The translations under genes were made by a program, and so were the position numbers. 64,000 nucleotides of DNA from Eledone cirrhosa (taxonomy: Eukaryota), in the NCBI GenBank assembly GCA_964016885.1, contig OZ024750.1, positions 48,112,001-48,176,000 on the forward strand, written 5' to 3'. The notes under the pieces are model-generated. The model was given only the letters and a program-made list of their open reading frames with translations. It made no database searches and was not told the DNA's origin. Each line of letters begins with the position of its first letter. Positions within the stretch are counted from its first letter, which is position 1. Below are positions 1-15,361 of the stretch, in pieces.

Positions 1-98
1 TCTTTAACCATCCCTGGAAACTTTTGGAGATAGTCCCCAGTGCGCCTATGACAATCGGGATCACTTTGATCACCATTAATATACATACACACATACAT

Positions 99-901
<803 letters not shown>

Positions 902-903
902 TA

Positions 904-1018
<115 letters not shown>

Positions 1019-1087
1019 GTTAAGACAATGACATAAAAAATCATACTAGACCCCACAACTTACCGTGGATATCTGTGTGAGTATATA

Positions 1088-1210
<123 letters not shown>

Positions 1211-1215
1211 ACACC

Positions 1216-1244
<29 letters not shown>

Positions 1245-1247
<3 letters not shown>

Positions 1248-1543
1248 CATATAAAGATGGCATAGATATACAATACAATAGGAGGAACATAATAGTACCA
1301 CTGATGATATTTCAGATGTGCAACGGAAGAACTTTGAATAACTATAGTAGACTATATATATGTGTTTATATCTATTATATATATGTATTTTTGACTGTTG
1401 GTCAGTCAATGGTGAACATTGAGGACCGGATGAACTAACTGTGGTTATATAAAAGATACAGAAGCGAAAACCAAGCAAACATACAATGTTTTATGTTATT
1501 ATTTCTGGCAATATTATTACAACAATATGATCCTCCCCAAGTA

Positions 1544-1550
<7 letters not shown>
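1245..1550 (+). mobile_element. PLE pLTR fragment, family C, with degenerate HHR at 1297-1338
   Basis: acca-CTGATGA-...-GGAA-gaac-TT. Reverse-complement similarity to 3711-4010 and 63597-63890. Confidence 0.55.
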
Positions 1551-1610
<60 letters not shown>

Positions 1611-1616
<6 letters not shown>

Positions 1617-1858
1617 TAATAAAATAATGAATAAACAAAGAAACAGTTCCTTATATTAAAAAAAATCATTTTTTTAATATAAGGAACTCTTTCTTTGTTT
1701 ATTCATTATTTTATTAATTTATCTTGACTCTGTTTTCCGTTTATTTTTCACCGAAAGTAGTTTTTGAATGCATCTTCTCCTTTCATGATATCCGGATTAC
1801 ATTGAGTTCTTCATACGGATTGGACACTACCGTAAACTGTTGGTAGATTTATCTACAT
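1611..1858 (+). mobile_element. PLE terminal fragment, family A (palindrome 1611-1722 plus tail)
   Basis: About 55-bp inverted arms. 1722-1858 is the reverse complement of 342-480. Confidence 0.7.
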
Positions 1859-1871
1859 ATATATGTGTGTG

Positions 1872-2517
<646 letters not shown>

Positions 2518-3666
2518 GGAGAAGAAGTTTATGAAATGGAAATGCGGGTATACAGAATTTATTAGGTAACAATTGATTCTATAGTGTATGGGTTACCTAT
2601 ACCTCGCTATTTGAATAATATAAAAATATTACCATAAACCGAAGGTACACTGTAAGCAAACACACCATGTTCGGAAAAGATTGTGTTGGTAAAAACAGGA
2701 GTAAGCAGTAGAAACCTCTCAACAATCGTTGTTTTTAGTTACGATGGAGAATTTTATAAAAATAACAAAATAAGATGCTGAGGTTACATATATTGTTTAA
2801 TCATTGTAATTATTCCACGATTCTCCATGCAATCGAAATGTCCTTCATGCATTTGCTGTTGATTACGAGAACGGTGGCCTCAGATGAAAAACCGATATTT
2901 TTGATATGTCGCTGGCAGGAAATCCACACGTCCCATTGCTTGTGTGGGCAGCAAACATGTGAGTGCTGAAGGGTTTACCAGCCGTAGTATTTAGTAGAAG
3001 TTATCAACTAAAAAAACGAAAAAAACGAAAAAAAAACAAAAACTGTGTGTAGCCAAAACGCACTAGTAAAATTACATGGGTATACGAATTTTATTAATTC
3101 AGTCATTAACTATATTTGTGGAAGCTCTTTCAATATAGATGAGCATATTATTCAGATTCTTAATTTTCCAAATGATATATGAGGAGCTAAAACCCATTTC
3201 CCATAGTGTGAGGACATAGTTTAGATAAATGTTATTGATTACATCGCTTCTATATATTCTATATAACAGCTGCAAAAAATCAGTAGTAGTTATGGAACAT
3301 CTGTGGAATCAGGGGTAAGTTTAGAAACAATAATATATAATTATATTTAGCATGAATAAACAATAACATGATCTGCAAGAATTATCGACATTTTGGTGTA
3401 GATATGTGTGGTGAATATATGTAGGATTTCGTTAACACAAGCTAGCTATCACCTATAGTAATATAGTAATGTTGCATTCTTCATTGTTTATTTTGATATA
3501 TTATGAAAATAACGACTATAAATAATTATAAATATATGTATATATATATATATATGTGTGTATGTTGTAGCTATGGCTCGTTAGAATCTATTGATCGCTT
3601 GCCACACATCTCGGAAGTTGTTTTTCGCTAATTTCCAATAGCGGAAATACGATTCTCGCTAATTTA

Positions 3667-3710
<44 letters not shown>

Positions 3711-3713
<3 letters not shown>

Positions 3714-4010
3714 CTGCGAGGTTTTTGATATGAAATCGTGTTTCGAAACAAATATTGTTATACTTCGGGAGGGTCATATGTGTGTAATATTGCCAGAATT
3801 AATAACAGAACACACTCAATGTTTGTTTGGTTGATTTTCGCTTTTCGCTTTTATGTCTTTTATGTCGGTTAATTTAATTTATTTGGTCCTCAATGTTGCC
3901 ATTGACTGACCAACGGTCAAAAATACAGATACAATATAGATACAAACACAGTGAGTGTGTTCTGTTATTAATTCTGCCAATATTACACAAATATGACCCT
4001 CCGCAAGTAT
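3711..4010 (-). mobile_element. PLE terminal fragment, family C, with about 60-bp inverted repeat (3760-3817 / 3952-4010)
   Basis: Inverted arms. Similar to 63597-63785 and 35655-35740. Confidence 0.6.
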
Positions 4011-4186
4011 ATATATATATATATATATACCATCAGTCCCGAAAAGGTACATCTACCTGCTCTCAATCCTCAAAACTCTCTCACACACACGCACACACAC
4101 ACACAAGCATACAGAAACACATATATTCACATATATATATATATATATATACACACACACTCACACACACATGTATATATATATAT

Positions 4187-4413
4187 ATTTATTAAAATAA
4201 CAAATTGAAGTTTAAACAAAGAATCGCTGCTTTCACTCTTAACGGGATGTTAACTGAGTTTCAGATGATCCCGTTCAGCTGAAAGCAGCGATTCTTTGCT
4301 TAAACTTTAATCTGTTATTTTAATAAATATTTGCCCTACGGTTCTTATATATTTGATATATATTTATCCATATCGAGCCCTCTTTGGATTTTAGTCTTCA
4401 AATCTGTTATTAT

Positions 4414-4417
<4 letters not shown>
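4187..4417 (+). mobile_element. Fold-back element (palindrome 4187-4328 plus tail); related copy at 10850-11035
   Basis: Inverted arms, shared tail ...atcgagcc..ctt.ggattttagtct..., (TA)n flanks. Confidence 0.6.
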
Positions 4418-4489
<72 letters not shown>

Positions 4490-4496
4490 CTTTATT

Positions 4497-4529
<33 letters not shown>

Positions 4530-4871
4530 CGGGAAAGCGAGGCGAAACGCGAAAATCAGAAATGATACTGGCAAAGTGTTCAATAGTTAAAAAACAGAGC
4601 TAAACAATGTGCTAAGAAGCCATACAAAACTGAAAAGGTGATCAATAAAGCATTAACCACCCAAGCCAAAAGCCAAATCAAGCTGAACAGGTCAAAACAA
4701 AATAAATGATAAAAAAATAAATGATAACCAGACCTGGACTCCGGGAATTGCTGTTACAATCCGTTGTATAGTTTATGTGACACCTAAATCAAAATACAGT
4801 CTGCTTAAAAATGTAAGCTTTGTGTATAATGATCGAACAAGGAATATCACGTTATATGTATATATATATAT

Positions 4872-5510
4872 TTTAGTAAAAAGAAAAAGAAAATGCTGAC
4901 AAATTTTTCACAGTGAAAAATAGTTTAATTAGGAATAAGTATAAATTAGTAATATGTATTAATTAGTATTCAGTTTTAGTTTTAAGTTTTTACCGGCTGC
5001 GCATTCCTCTCAACATGACTGCAACTCAATCAAGGGGAAAAGGACACTCTTCGACAAGCTTACAATTGGCGCGATACCAGCTCGTGCCAAAATGAATTTA
5101 AACATCACGTGACTTCTACCGACCAATCAAAATTGTTTTGATAACAAGCATTTTTGCAACACGAATTCGCGCGAAATCTATAGCGCTTATTCACGTGACA
5201 TTCAACCAACCAAATCTTAATGCGACCCAAGCCACTTTTTTCACATAATACAGGAAGAATTTCCCAAACTGATCAGATTAGAGCAAAAATCACGAGCACT
5301 CTATCTCAAAATTAATTTTGAAAGGCATAACGAATGCGCAACTGGTAAAAACTTAAAACTAAAACTGAATACTAATTAATACTTATTACTAATTTATACT
5401 TATTCTTAATTAAAATACTTTTCACTCTGAGAAATTTGTCAGCATATTCTTTTCCTTTTTACTAATATATCACAACTCGTGTGTCACACTTCTATTTTTT
5501 TTTAAATCTC
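4872..5510 (+). mobile_element. PLE terminal fragment, family D (IR 4873-5006 / 5333-5466, plus tail); related at 16953-17150 and 62900-63112
   Basis: About 130-bp inverted arms and an HHR-like motif at 5316-5350. Confidence 0.65.
5316..5350 (+). ncRNA. HHR-like motif with variant GCAA core
   Basis: tt-TTGAAAG-gcat-aacga-atgc-GCAAC-tg-GTA-aa. Confidence 0.45.
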
Positions 5511-5545
5511 TCTCTCTATATATATATATACATATATATATATAT

Positions 5546-5587
<42 letters not shown>

Positions 5588-5593
<6 letters not shown>

Positions 5594-6910
5594 AGATCAA
5601 AAGATGTTTAAAGGAGTTCCATATATTTTATTATGCGCATTTCAAAAACAAACATCATCAAGCAATAATATTTGTGTTTTCATCAGATAAAACAGGAGAA
5701 CATGATATGAAGGCTAAAACACACTTGTGGATAGTGCAGTTTTAAATCAACATATGAAAAGTGGTTTTAGATTGATGTGTGATATTTTGAAAAATATTTT
5801 ATTTAGAGAGGGGGGGGGGGGAAGATGAAAAGGGAAGGAGATGAGAGGGAGAGATGGGTGATAGAGAGAAAGAGATAGTTTTTATAACTGAGAGGAGATA
5901 TATTTTTTACATAGAGGGGTTGAAAACCGTTGGAAGATATTGTATAAATTAAAAATTTTGAAAATTAACGAAGGGAGGATATGTGCGAGGAAAAAATATT
6001 TTATTTAGGGAGGGGGTGGGGGTGGAAAGGATGAAAAAAAGGGGGAGGAGATGAGAGTGAAGGTGGAGAGGGAGAGATGGGTGATAGAGAGAAAAATATA
6101 GTTTTTATAACTGAGAAAAAGATATATTGTTTTAATATAGAGAGGTTGGGAACCGTTGGAAGATAATGTATAAATTAAAGGAATTTGAAAAATTAACGAA
6201 GGGAAATTATGTATGAAGATAGAGAGAAAAAAATAATAATTGTGGGTGAATATTCTAACGTCAAAAGAAGAAATGTATGTATTGTGGCAATTTCAAAATT
6301 AGCGAAGAGAAAAATTGTTAAGGTTTGTGTGTAGAAGGATTTGAGAAAAATAATGTGAAGTTAAAGTTTGTACATTGAATTGATAATATGTGCGAATGAA
6401 GAGTTAATATGTATTAATAATGAGTTCGTTGATGGGGAGAAAAAAATAATAATAAATTAAGGATGAAATTGAGATTAAGAAGATTTATGATAGAGAGAAA
6501 AAATAATAATGATTGCGGATGAATATTCAAAATGTCAAAAACAAATGTTATTATTTTACGAGAAGATAGAATGAGGGTAATGAGTAAACGAGTATTATAG
6601 AGTGTATAATGCCCTTTAAAGTAAGGTAGATGGGTATATTTTAAAGAGGTGTATGTATATGTGCCTTTGAGAAAAGATTCTAAATTGATAAAGAATTGAA
6701 TATTAACTGTATACTTTGTGAAAAGTTCTATGGAATTTATGCAGGCAGATAGAAAACAAATCTGAGCGTCTATTTATTATAGAATCTAGGTTAGAGATAA
6801 TGGTAAATTTTTCATTTAGGCAGAGATTACAGATTTTAGATAGAGAGCTGTTCAATATCCGATATCTACATTGCTTTATTGTACTACAATAAAACTCACC
6901 TCCTACATTA
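5588..6910 (-). mobile_element. PLE pLTR, family E, with short inverted tail (6858-6908)
   Basis: Similar to 58497-59190 and, as reverse complement, to 60570-61790. 6858-6908 matches 61830-61880. Confidence 0.65.
5626..5692 (-). ncRNA. Type I hammerhead ribozyme
   Basis: ttttat-CTGATGA-stem II-GAAA-tgcgc-ATA-ataaaa; palindromic helix III ATGCGCAT. Confidence 0.75.
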
Positions 6911-6922
6911 TATATATATATA

Positions 6923-7125
6923 TAATGGTTTCTTATATAGGCACAAGGCCATCAATTTTGAGGATGGGAAAAGTTGATTAAATCGACCCCAGTGCGTGAC
7001 TGGTAGTTTATCACGTAAGGATGAAATGCAAAGTTGACCTCGGCGGGATTTGAACTCAGATCATAAAGGTCCGTAACTCAATGCCGCCAAGCATTGCGTC
7101 CGACCCTCTATCGATATACTACCAA
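6923..7125 (-). mobile_element. tRNA-derived SINE (diverged)
   Basis: B box GAGTTCAAATCC on - strand and the family body. Confidence 0.8.
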
Positions 7126-7856
7126 CATAAATAATGTTTTGCATACATAAATAATTTTGACAACAATCTATTCGGGAATATGTCATATATGCTTCTAATT
7201 AGGCCTCGCAAACTCACTATCCAACTTAAAGCTCAAAACTTTTAAAAAGGAAAATGTACATATTATTTAATGTATATATATATATACATATATATATAAA
7301 ACATGAGAAGAAAGAGGAATACTGCGTGGTTGCACATGGGTTACATATTATAAAATTATTCCCTCGTCAGTGATTTGCCAACCATCATTGGTATTTCATC
7401 GCATTAAAAATCATATACCTCAGGTTGGTGCGAGCAATAACTAAAAAAAGCTATTGGGACAAGTGAATCGCGTAAAGCGAGTGAGACAAGTAAACAACAT
7501 AGAAGGATAAAAGCAAACCGAAGATAGGAAAAGCAACATGGTTATCCGGTCAGCATAAGCTGGGTGAATTTCATGAGCGTTCATAATACATACCGTCCGA
7601 TGTGAGTGAGATGTGAGCACGAAAGAACCCCACTACCAACGAATCGGGAGGAAGTGAGAAGGAGAGAAACAGAGAGTGAGTGAGTGGAAGTGCGAGGAAG
7701 AGCCCAATCGAGAGAAAGTGTAACTGACAGAGGGGGCGAAAGAAGGTGAGATAAACAGAGAGAAAGGGGGAGCAGTAAGAGAGAAAGAAAGAAACTTAAA
7801 GCTCAACACTTTTAAAAAAGGAAAATGTACATATTATTTAACGTATATATATCTAA

Positions 7857-8262
<406 letters not shown>

Positions 8263-8315
8263 TCTGAAGATTGAGAAGAGGATAGAAGTGTCTTTTCGGC
8301 ATATGGTGAGGAAGA

Positions 8316-8395
<80 letters not shown>

Positions 8396-9079
8396 AAAAG
8401 AGAGATAGACAAATAGAGAGAGAGAGAGCGAAAGAGAGAGAGAAACAGAGATAGAGAGAGAAAGATGGTGAGTGAGGCAGAGAGTATATACCGAGGTAGT
8501 GTGAGAGAGAGAGAGAACATAGATGGAGAGAGAGAGAGAGAGAGAGTGTTGTAGAGAGAGAAAGAGAGGGGGGGATTGAGAGAACGTAAGAAAGACGAAA
8601 TTTGTAAACGAGAAAAGAAAATTAGATATAATGATTGAAAGTTTGAGAGATGTAGAGAAAGAAGGGGGGAATTGCGATATAGTTGTGTGAGAAGGAGAAA
8701 GTGAGAAAGAGCGAACATGTTAAAGGTAATCAGTTATTTTAATCAAAGAGATTACGTTAAAAAACAAATATGGCGTTGACCTTCGTCGACTTCAATGATG
8801 CATCTATCAGTTATTTGATCAAGTTAACACCATGCATTTGAACTTTACACCTACATAACTAAATAGTGCACAAAAACTCCTACCCTTAACGGTATGTTCA
8901 GAGTGTTTCAGCGAGAAACTGTGGATCAAGTCTGTCCTTTGGATTAACTGGTAGAATCCATGTGACAGGCTTTCAAACATTTTTCGCGCAACCCAATTTC
9001 ACTAACAACGTAGACACAGTTGTTATGAAAGAATTGACATCCGTTACTTTTAATGGTGTATGCTGACTGTGTCAATAGA

Positions 9080-9375
9080 TGTAGCTGCTCATGAAATTAA
9101 CGTGTACGTTGCTGAAATTTCGCAGTCACGTGCACTATTAGAACAATTCGCAGGGAGATTCAGCATCGCAGTGTAGGACTAAGCCGTTCATTTGAATCAC
9201 AGGCCCATTTCATTCGACGAGCTTCCTAACAAACAGTTTTTCTCTACTCAATATCCCTCATGACCTCACGATCAAGCTGGATATGGTAAATGATACTTGC
9301 TGGAGATGCTAGGCAGCGGGATTGAGCTAAGGACCAAACGATTGAGGAGCAAACTTCGTATCCATTCAGACATGT
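9080..9375 (-). mobile_element. Old cephalopod-type SINE remnants (similar pieces at 14665-14790, 15525-15660, 23288-23410)
   Basis: Degenerate tRNA-like heads, recognised from memory of Octopus repeats only. Confidence 0.4.
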
Positions 9376-9440
9376 TGCGTTCGCTACTCTAGAAACCAGA
9401 TGTAGTGAACACATACTGAACAGTTTACACTGAGGGCACT

Positions 9441-9753
9441 TATAATCATTTGGCATTTAACCCGGCCAGATCCGGCCAAAATTCTCTCACCTCTTTCTGT
9501 TCAAAATAGCCATAACTGGCCACTCAAACTGATGATATGGTGTTGTTCTCAAAATAAATAACATCAAATTCTTGTAGATTAGATATTATGTGAAATAATT
9601 ATGTGAGGTAAAGCCTTTACCAAAATAATACAATAGTATATATATAATATATATAGTATATATAGAGTAAATATAGAGTATATATAGAGAATATATAATA
9701 TATATTGAGTATATAATAGTATATATAGAGTAATGTAAATACTAAAGGGTTAA
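9441..9753. mobile_element. Degenerate MITE with a piggyBac-like ...CTAAAGGGTTAA terminus
   Basis: Right end ctaaagggttaa (9742-9753) and decayed left end; resembles a common Octopus MITE (from memory). Confidence 0.35.
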
Positions 9754-10396
9754 CATTTTGAGAGGAGGAAGGGTGGTGGTGAACTAATATAACACCATGT
9801 TTCTTTTTATATATCAACCCAAACACGGCATATTTAATTTCATTATGCAACCAATTAATTATTGATAAAGATTGTGAGTCGGTTACATCTGTACTCCTTT
9901 AGAATAATCAAATAAGCCAACCAATCTTTTAAATTAACCTCCTAATATAACTGAGACGGTATAATAAACTATTCCTTTCTTCCAAAACAACACCCACAAC
10001 AGCATAGTACACAACCTATAGAAATGATTGATGCAGAGCAGAGAATGGAAGATTTCTTAGAAAACAATGAAAGTAATGAATGTATTGAAAAACAAAACAT
10101 TAACTGAAAGGAAATGTTTTAAATATTTGAGGAAAAACAAATTAAATAAAAAGAAAAAAATGGGAAGAGGGAGTAGCGGGGTGAAACGCTATCACATTGG
10201 CTGGCTGTTATATCTTAGCTGTACCCCGTGAGTAACATGGCGAAACAGTGCCCTGGTGAACATTGGGCGACAGGGAATTTGTTAGCCATTCCATCTCACG
10301 TTGCTTGTATAGGAGGGATAGATAATCAACGGCTGGAATATAAAGGATGTCACTGGGGATTGAGGGAAAGGGAGAAGAAGAGATGGAAGGAGAGAA

Positions 10397-10440
<44 letters not shown>

Positions 10441-10496
10441 GACGTAAAATAAGAAAATTTTAAATATTAAAATTTAACTTACTTACTAAAATGTTC

Positions 10497-10578
10497 ACTC
10501 CAACTAATTAGTTTCTGTAAGGGGATAAATATAGTTACGCAACATAACTATAGAGAATTATTTACGTCATCAGGGAGT
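10497..10578 (-). ncRNA. Type I hammerhead ribozyme (intact core) in a pLTR-like fragment at about 10437-10815
   Basis: actcc-CTGATGA-c-gtaa...tatagtta/taactata...ttac-a-GAAAC-taatta-GTT-ggagt. Confidence 0.8.
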
Positions 10579-10817
10579 CTATTCTCAGCTAAGTTCCCAG
10601 GCAATGCGCGGACACTATGAACCCATATAAAAATAATAATTCAGTGGATGGAATAAAGCTAGCGGGGATTAAATTCCAAAGCACTGAAAAAATTCACTGA
10701 CTCTTTGGTCAGTGGCAGATTCTAAAGAATCAACCACGTGACACTGAGGTTAATCAGTGAGGAGTGGGGTGACATTATGACAATAGCCTACTACTACCAT
10801 GAATCACAGCAGTAAAT

Positions 10818-10853
<36 letters not shown>

Positions 10854-11042
10854 AAATAACAGATTACATTTTAAGAAAATAACCGCCTCTATCACCCTTA
10901 ACGGGATATTTGCTTAAACTTTAATCTATGATTTAATAAATATTTGCTCTACGTCTTTTATATATATTTATATACATATATATAATCCTTATCGAGCCAT
11001 CTTCGGATTTTAGTCTCCACCTTTATTATTATTATTATATAT

Positions 11043-11433
11043 AGGGCGGTGGTTTGGCAGTATCGGTAGAGGGTCGGACACCATGCTTTCCAGCATGGTT
11101 ACGTCCCTTTACGATCTGAGTTCAAATCCCGCCGAAGATGACTTTGCCTTTCATCCTTACGGGGTCGATAAAATAAAGTACCAGTAATGCACTGGGTAAT
11201 TGCTGGCCTTGTGCCTAAAGTAGAAACAATTATTATTATATATAGGGCGGTGGTTGGCAGTATCGGTAGAGGATCAGACACCATGCTTTCCAGCATGGTT
11301 ACGTCCCTTTACGATCTGAGTTCAAATCCCGCCGAGGTTGACTTTGCCTTTCATCGATACGGGGTCGATAAAATAAAGTACCTGTAATGCACTGGTTAAT
11401 TGCTGGCATTGTGCCTAAAGTAGAAACAATTAT

Positions 11434-11440
<7 letters not shown>
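11043..11440 (+). mobile_element. Two head-to-tail tRNA-derived SINEs (about 200 bp each)
   Basis: A box TGGCAGTATCGG, B box GAGTTCAAATCC, central GCCTTTCATCCTTACGGGGTCGATAAA (Meta/MESC-domain-like), (ATT)n tail. Confidence 0.9.
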
Positions 11441-11464
<24 letters not shown>

Positions 11465-11470
<6 letters not shown>

Positions 11471-11630
11471 AAAATGTTAGACACCGACGGCAGAGCTCAA
11501 GCCGTCGAAACAGCTTGAGCTCTGGCGTCGGGGTCTAACATTTTCCTATTGCCCACACTACTACCCTAAGTATTGAGTACTCTGGTGCGTTATTGTCCAT
11601 ATTGTTCCTTACCACACCTGCTTCGTTATA
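11465..11630 (+). mobile_element. Fold-back element, family F (palindrome 11466-11550 plus tail); related at 54910-55110 and 63125-63215
   Basis: Inverted arms and shared tail ctaccctaagtattgagtac...ttcgtta. Confidence 0.65.
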
Positions 11631-11639
11631 TATATTTTT

Positions 11640-12433
11640 TTCTTTTCTGAGTCGGTTATCTCGTTGTTCTGGTCCTACCGACACGCTTATCGGTTGCTGT
11701 CTTCAATTTGCATAGCTGTCTAAACGTAATGTTATAACTCTAGTTATACAACTTGAGTGTTTTAGCTGCACTTTCCGACTGCATTCGTTAGCTTGGCTGC
11801 AACCAGGGCTTCGACTTGGTGTACTCCCTTCTTGTATTATTATCTCCTAGACTTAAGGATTAATTGATTAATTTATTTAGACAATTCTATTGATTGGTTA
11901 ATTGTTTATGTTTGTTTAATAACATCTAGTTGATATATTTTATTCGGTTTGTGTAAAGGATATATATCCTCTGTTCAAATTTTGAATTTGAGCGCCAAAA
12001 CAGGGGGTTACCTCACTTCGGATAAACCACGTGACTACTGGCAGTGTTTACTTCTAGTTCTTACAACCGGTGGCGGCAGAACGAAAACGTGTTGTCGAAG
12101 TAAATTCCACTGTTCTATCTTCCAAAACCAATAACTTGCAGGCCCCTGCAAATGGATTTTGATGATTTCGGATTTACAGAAACCTAATGGAGATATTATA
12201 TAATATTTCCACGATGGTCCAGGTATTTTAAATATTTTCCTTAGTCGGTGTTTTCGTTGTTCTGATCCAAGCGGCTCGCTTATCGGTCGCTCTCTTCAAT
12301 TTGTATAGCTGTCTAAACGTAATGTTATATCTCTCAGTTAAAATCCTTATTGATGTCTTTAGCTGCACTTTCCGACTGCATTCGTTAGCTTTGCTGCAAT
12401 CAGGGCTTCGACTATTCTTTACTTCCTTCTTGT
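11640..12433. repeat. Diverged direct repeats of about 195 bp (11640-11836 / 12235-12433)
   Basis: Shared blocks such as tagctgtctaaacgtaatgttata and ttagctgcactttccgactgcattcgttagctt. Confidence 0.75.
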
Positions 12434-12559
12434 ATATATATATATATATATATATATCAATGGTGAATGAAAATATGTCAATATGTTTAGAGTTGTGTGT
12501 TTCTTTCACGATATATGGTCCTTTCTATCTATATATAAACATATATATTTTAATTTGGT

Positions 12560-14114
12560 TACCTACTATATAAATTGCAGTTTCTGTATCTCTCTGTGTA
12601 TCTGTGTATAATCAGTTGGCGCCTACAACAGTGAATCGATCATGATGACACTTTACACCCGTGTTAAGCTAATGTTCAGAAACAGGGCTGGTGAATTGTA
12701 TTTCAATAAAAATCAATAATAGAACACCTGGGGACTATTTTACAATGGAGGGGGAAACAGAAGACATTATTGAGAGAGGGGGGACATGAGATACTACTAT
12801 TGTATGTTAAACCCTCCCTTCCACTACTCCCCTTCCTCCTCCCACAATTCAGTCCTCCAAAACGATGCAACAACTTATTAGAAATGAGTTTATCTTGTCG
12901 ATATTTCGATGTGTCGGATTGTGGAAAGTTTGTTCATGGTATATAAGCGCCTGCGTTCCCTATTGAATTTACATTTGACGATTTGTCCGTTTAAACGTAA
13001 GTAACTCCATTCGTTTTCACTTAAACAACAGTCTTTTTGCTTGCAACCTTAACACTAGTTTATTCAAGAGTCGGTAATCCAAATAATTTGTTCACTTATG
13101 CTCCGCTGGGCAAGACCAATAATGATGTTTACCAAGAAGCTCTGCCACCAATCAATTGTTGCATGTATTCGTAAACCTGCATATTTGTCGATATGTCTTG
13201 CATCATCATGTATTTGTAAATCTGTGTGTAAACCCATATGTTTCTAAACATAGTTGTTAATGTTGTATGAATTTATACTTTCGAAACCGGTTGAGATCGA
13301 TGTTTTTACTTCTTCCATTCCCAGCCGATTCATCAGTACGCTGCAACTTCTTGGCGTCGGCGTCATGAAGGAGTTCAAGAACCAGATCCGCGAACAAGTC
13401 GATAACTTTCCGATAGACGCTGTCGATCAGGCTGTAAATAATTTGCATATCACCAACTGGATCTTCCTTGCATGAGTCAGTGTCAATACTGAAAATATAC
13501 AGAAGACCTGGCGAAGATTTGAATGTGAAAGCCACCTTTGATGTCACCATGGCAGTCCAGCCGTGCATCAGTGAACGTTACAAGGCCCTTTTTAGGGCCA
13601 ACACTTATGAATGGTTTTCCAACTTAATATGGTGTTTTTTCTCGGGTTATGTCTACTATAGGGGACAAACCGGATGGTTTTATTGAATTACTTCAGTCAT
13701 TTGAAGGGTTTTACAAACGGGCGATGGAACACTACCTGAATATGTTCACTCGCTTATAATTTCTTCAATAATTGCGATCACCTCCTCAATTGTTCTGTGT
13801 TTGTTCTTGAGCGCTAAGGCAGTAAGTTTGTTATTCTTATACATAGGTTTATTGAATAAGTTCGATAATTTTCGAGCTCAAACTTCCCCGGCTTATTCAC
13901 TCAGAATAAAGAAAGTTGGAGGCTAGAAGGACTTATGACTTAAACAGCTTTTGATAGTTCGACACAAAAAAAATTGATCTGCCATTAACACACCTAGCAA
14001 AGGTTGCTATTGAAAATCTTATATGGGCACCCAGTGTCGCTAGCATTTTCATGCACACTCCCGGAGCTGTGAATATCCCCACGTTTCCCGGGTATTACCG
14101 GGAACTGCAGCTAG
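12560..14114 (+). mobile_element. Non-autonomous Helitron (5' end uncertain)
   Basis: 3' hairpin TTCCCGG-gtatta-CCGGGAA (14085-14104) followed by CTAG|T. 5' cCTACTATATAAA plus (TCTG)-like tract. Confidence 0.6.
13290..13480 (+). pseudogene. pogo/Tigger-type DDE_1 transposase fragment
   Basis: IPSRFISTLQLLGVGVMKEFKNQIR...ITNWIFLA resembles the IPxxxTxxLQPLDVGVxKxFK...WIxxAW motif. Confidence 0.6.
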
Positions 14115-14122
14115 TATGTATG

Positions 14123-14202
<80 letters not shown>

Positions 14203-15079
14203 CCAGAACTGGACTGGCATTTGTTTTTATCGACCACGAAATTAATGCAAATTGCCCTAGGAAGGATTTGAAATAAGAGGACGCTGACAGCCACAACGTA
14301 TACCGCAAAGAATACAATCCCCGTGCCAATGTGGCGGATTATTTGAATAATGCAAACATAGAAAACCATGGTAGCGGGCAGATTTTCAAGGGGTGGACAG
14401 CTAACCAAAAAGACCAGGCACGATATTACCTTGCCTTGGTAAACAAAATTATGTAAAATATATATTAAAAAATTAGCAATTCACCGCACACGCTTTGGTG
14501 TGCCCAAGTGGGATTCATAAATATATATAGGAAAGTAAACTTTAAATTATTTTCCAATCACCGAAGCTCATCAAGTCAGATATTTTCTTTGTTACATTGA
14601 CTTTAAGCGACTGAGTTAAGGGTGGTATGTTAATACGTCGCAATGTTAAACACCAACTAACTGCTAGTAGTCATTTTAACCAATTGAGTTGACTGTAGCA
14701 ATGCAAATTAAAGAGTTCTGCTCTAGGAGAAAACAGTCCTCATATTCCGATAATCGAACCCGAAACATTATGATAGTGAAGCCATAATCCCAACTAAAAA
14801 TATGTATATAATGAAACTGACAGTTGTGAAATAAGCAACTAATTAGAAACATAATTACATATACCAGCTAACAGCAAAAATAATCCATTGGATAATACAG
14901 AAATACACTGTTCCATAAAGGAAATAATTTGCAAAGAAACGCAGGTGAAGCTAAATATTTCAAGTAGTTAAGTTCATTATTTGTCATAGCAATAGAAAAG
15001 GATGTGCTCGGAACTAAAGAAGAAAAAAGACCGACTCCTCTAAACCCATACGCTTTGAAGAGAAAAAGACAGTTCAATA

Positions 15080-15361
15080 AATCGATTCCAGTGCATTACT
15101 GGTTTTTTATTTCATGAAACCCTAAAGATTGAAGGCACGGCTAACCTCTGCGGGATTTGAACTCAAAACCCATACAATTATTGTTTCTACTTCTAGCACA
15201 CGGCCAGCTATTAACCACTGCGTTACTGGTACTTTATTTTATCGACGCCGTATGGATGAAAGGCAAAGTTAACCTGCGCGGGATTTGAAATCAGAATGGC
15301 AAGGGCGGTAACTCTCTGGGTCTAAGCATGGTTTCCGACCCTCTACCGGTAATGCCAATCC
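15080..15361 (-). mobile_element. tRNA-derived SINE, one partial and one full copy
   Basis: Reverse complement of the 11043 family. Confidence 0.8.

Noticed and set aside
11043-11140. tRNA genes
   Set aside because: The A/B boxes belong to SINE heads with extended spacing, no full cloverleaf, and a shared SINE body.
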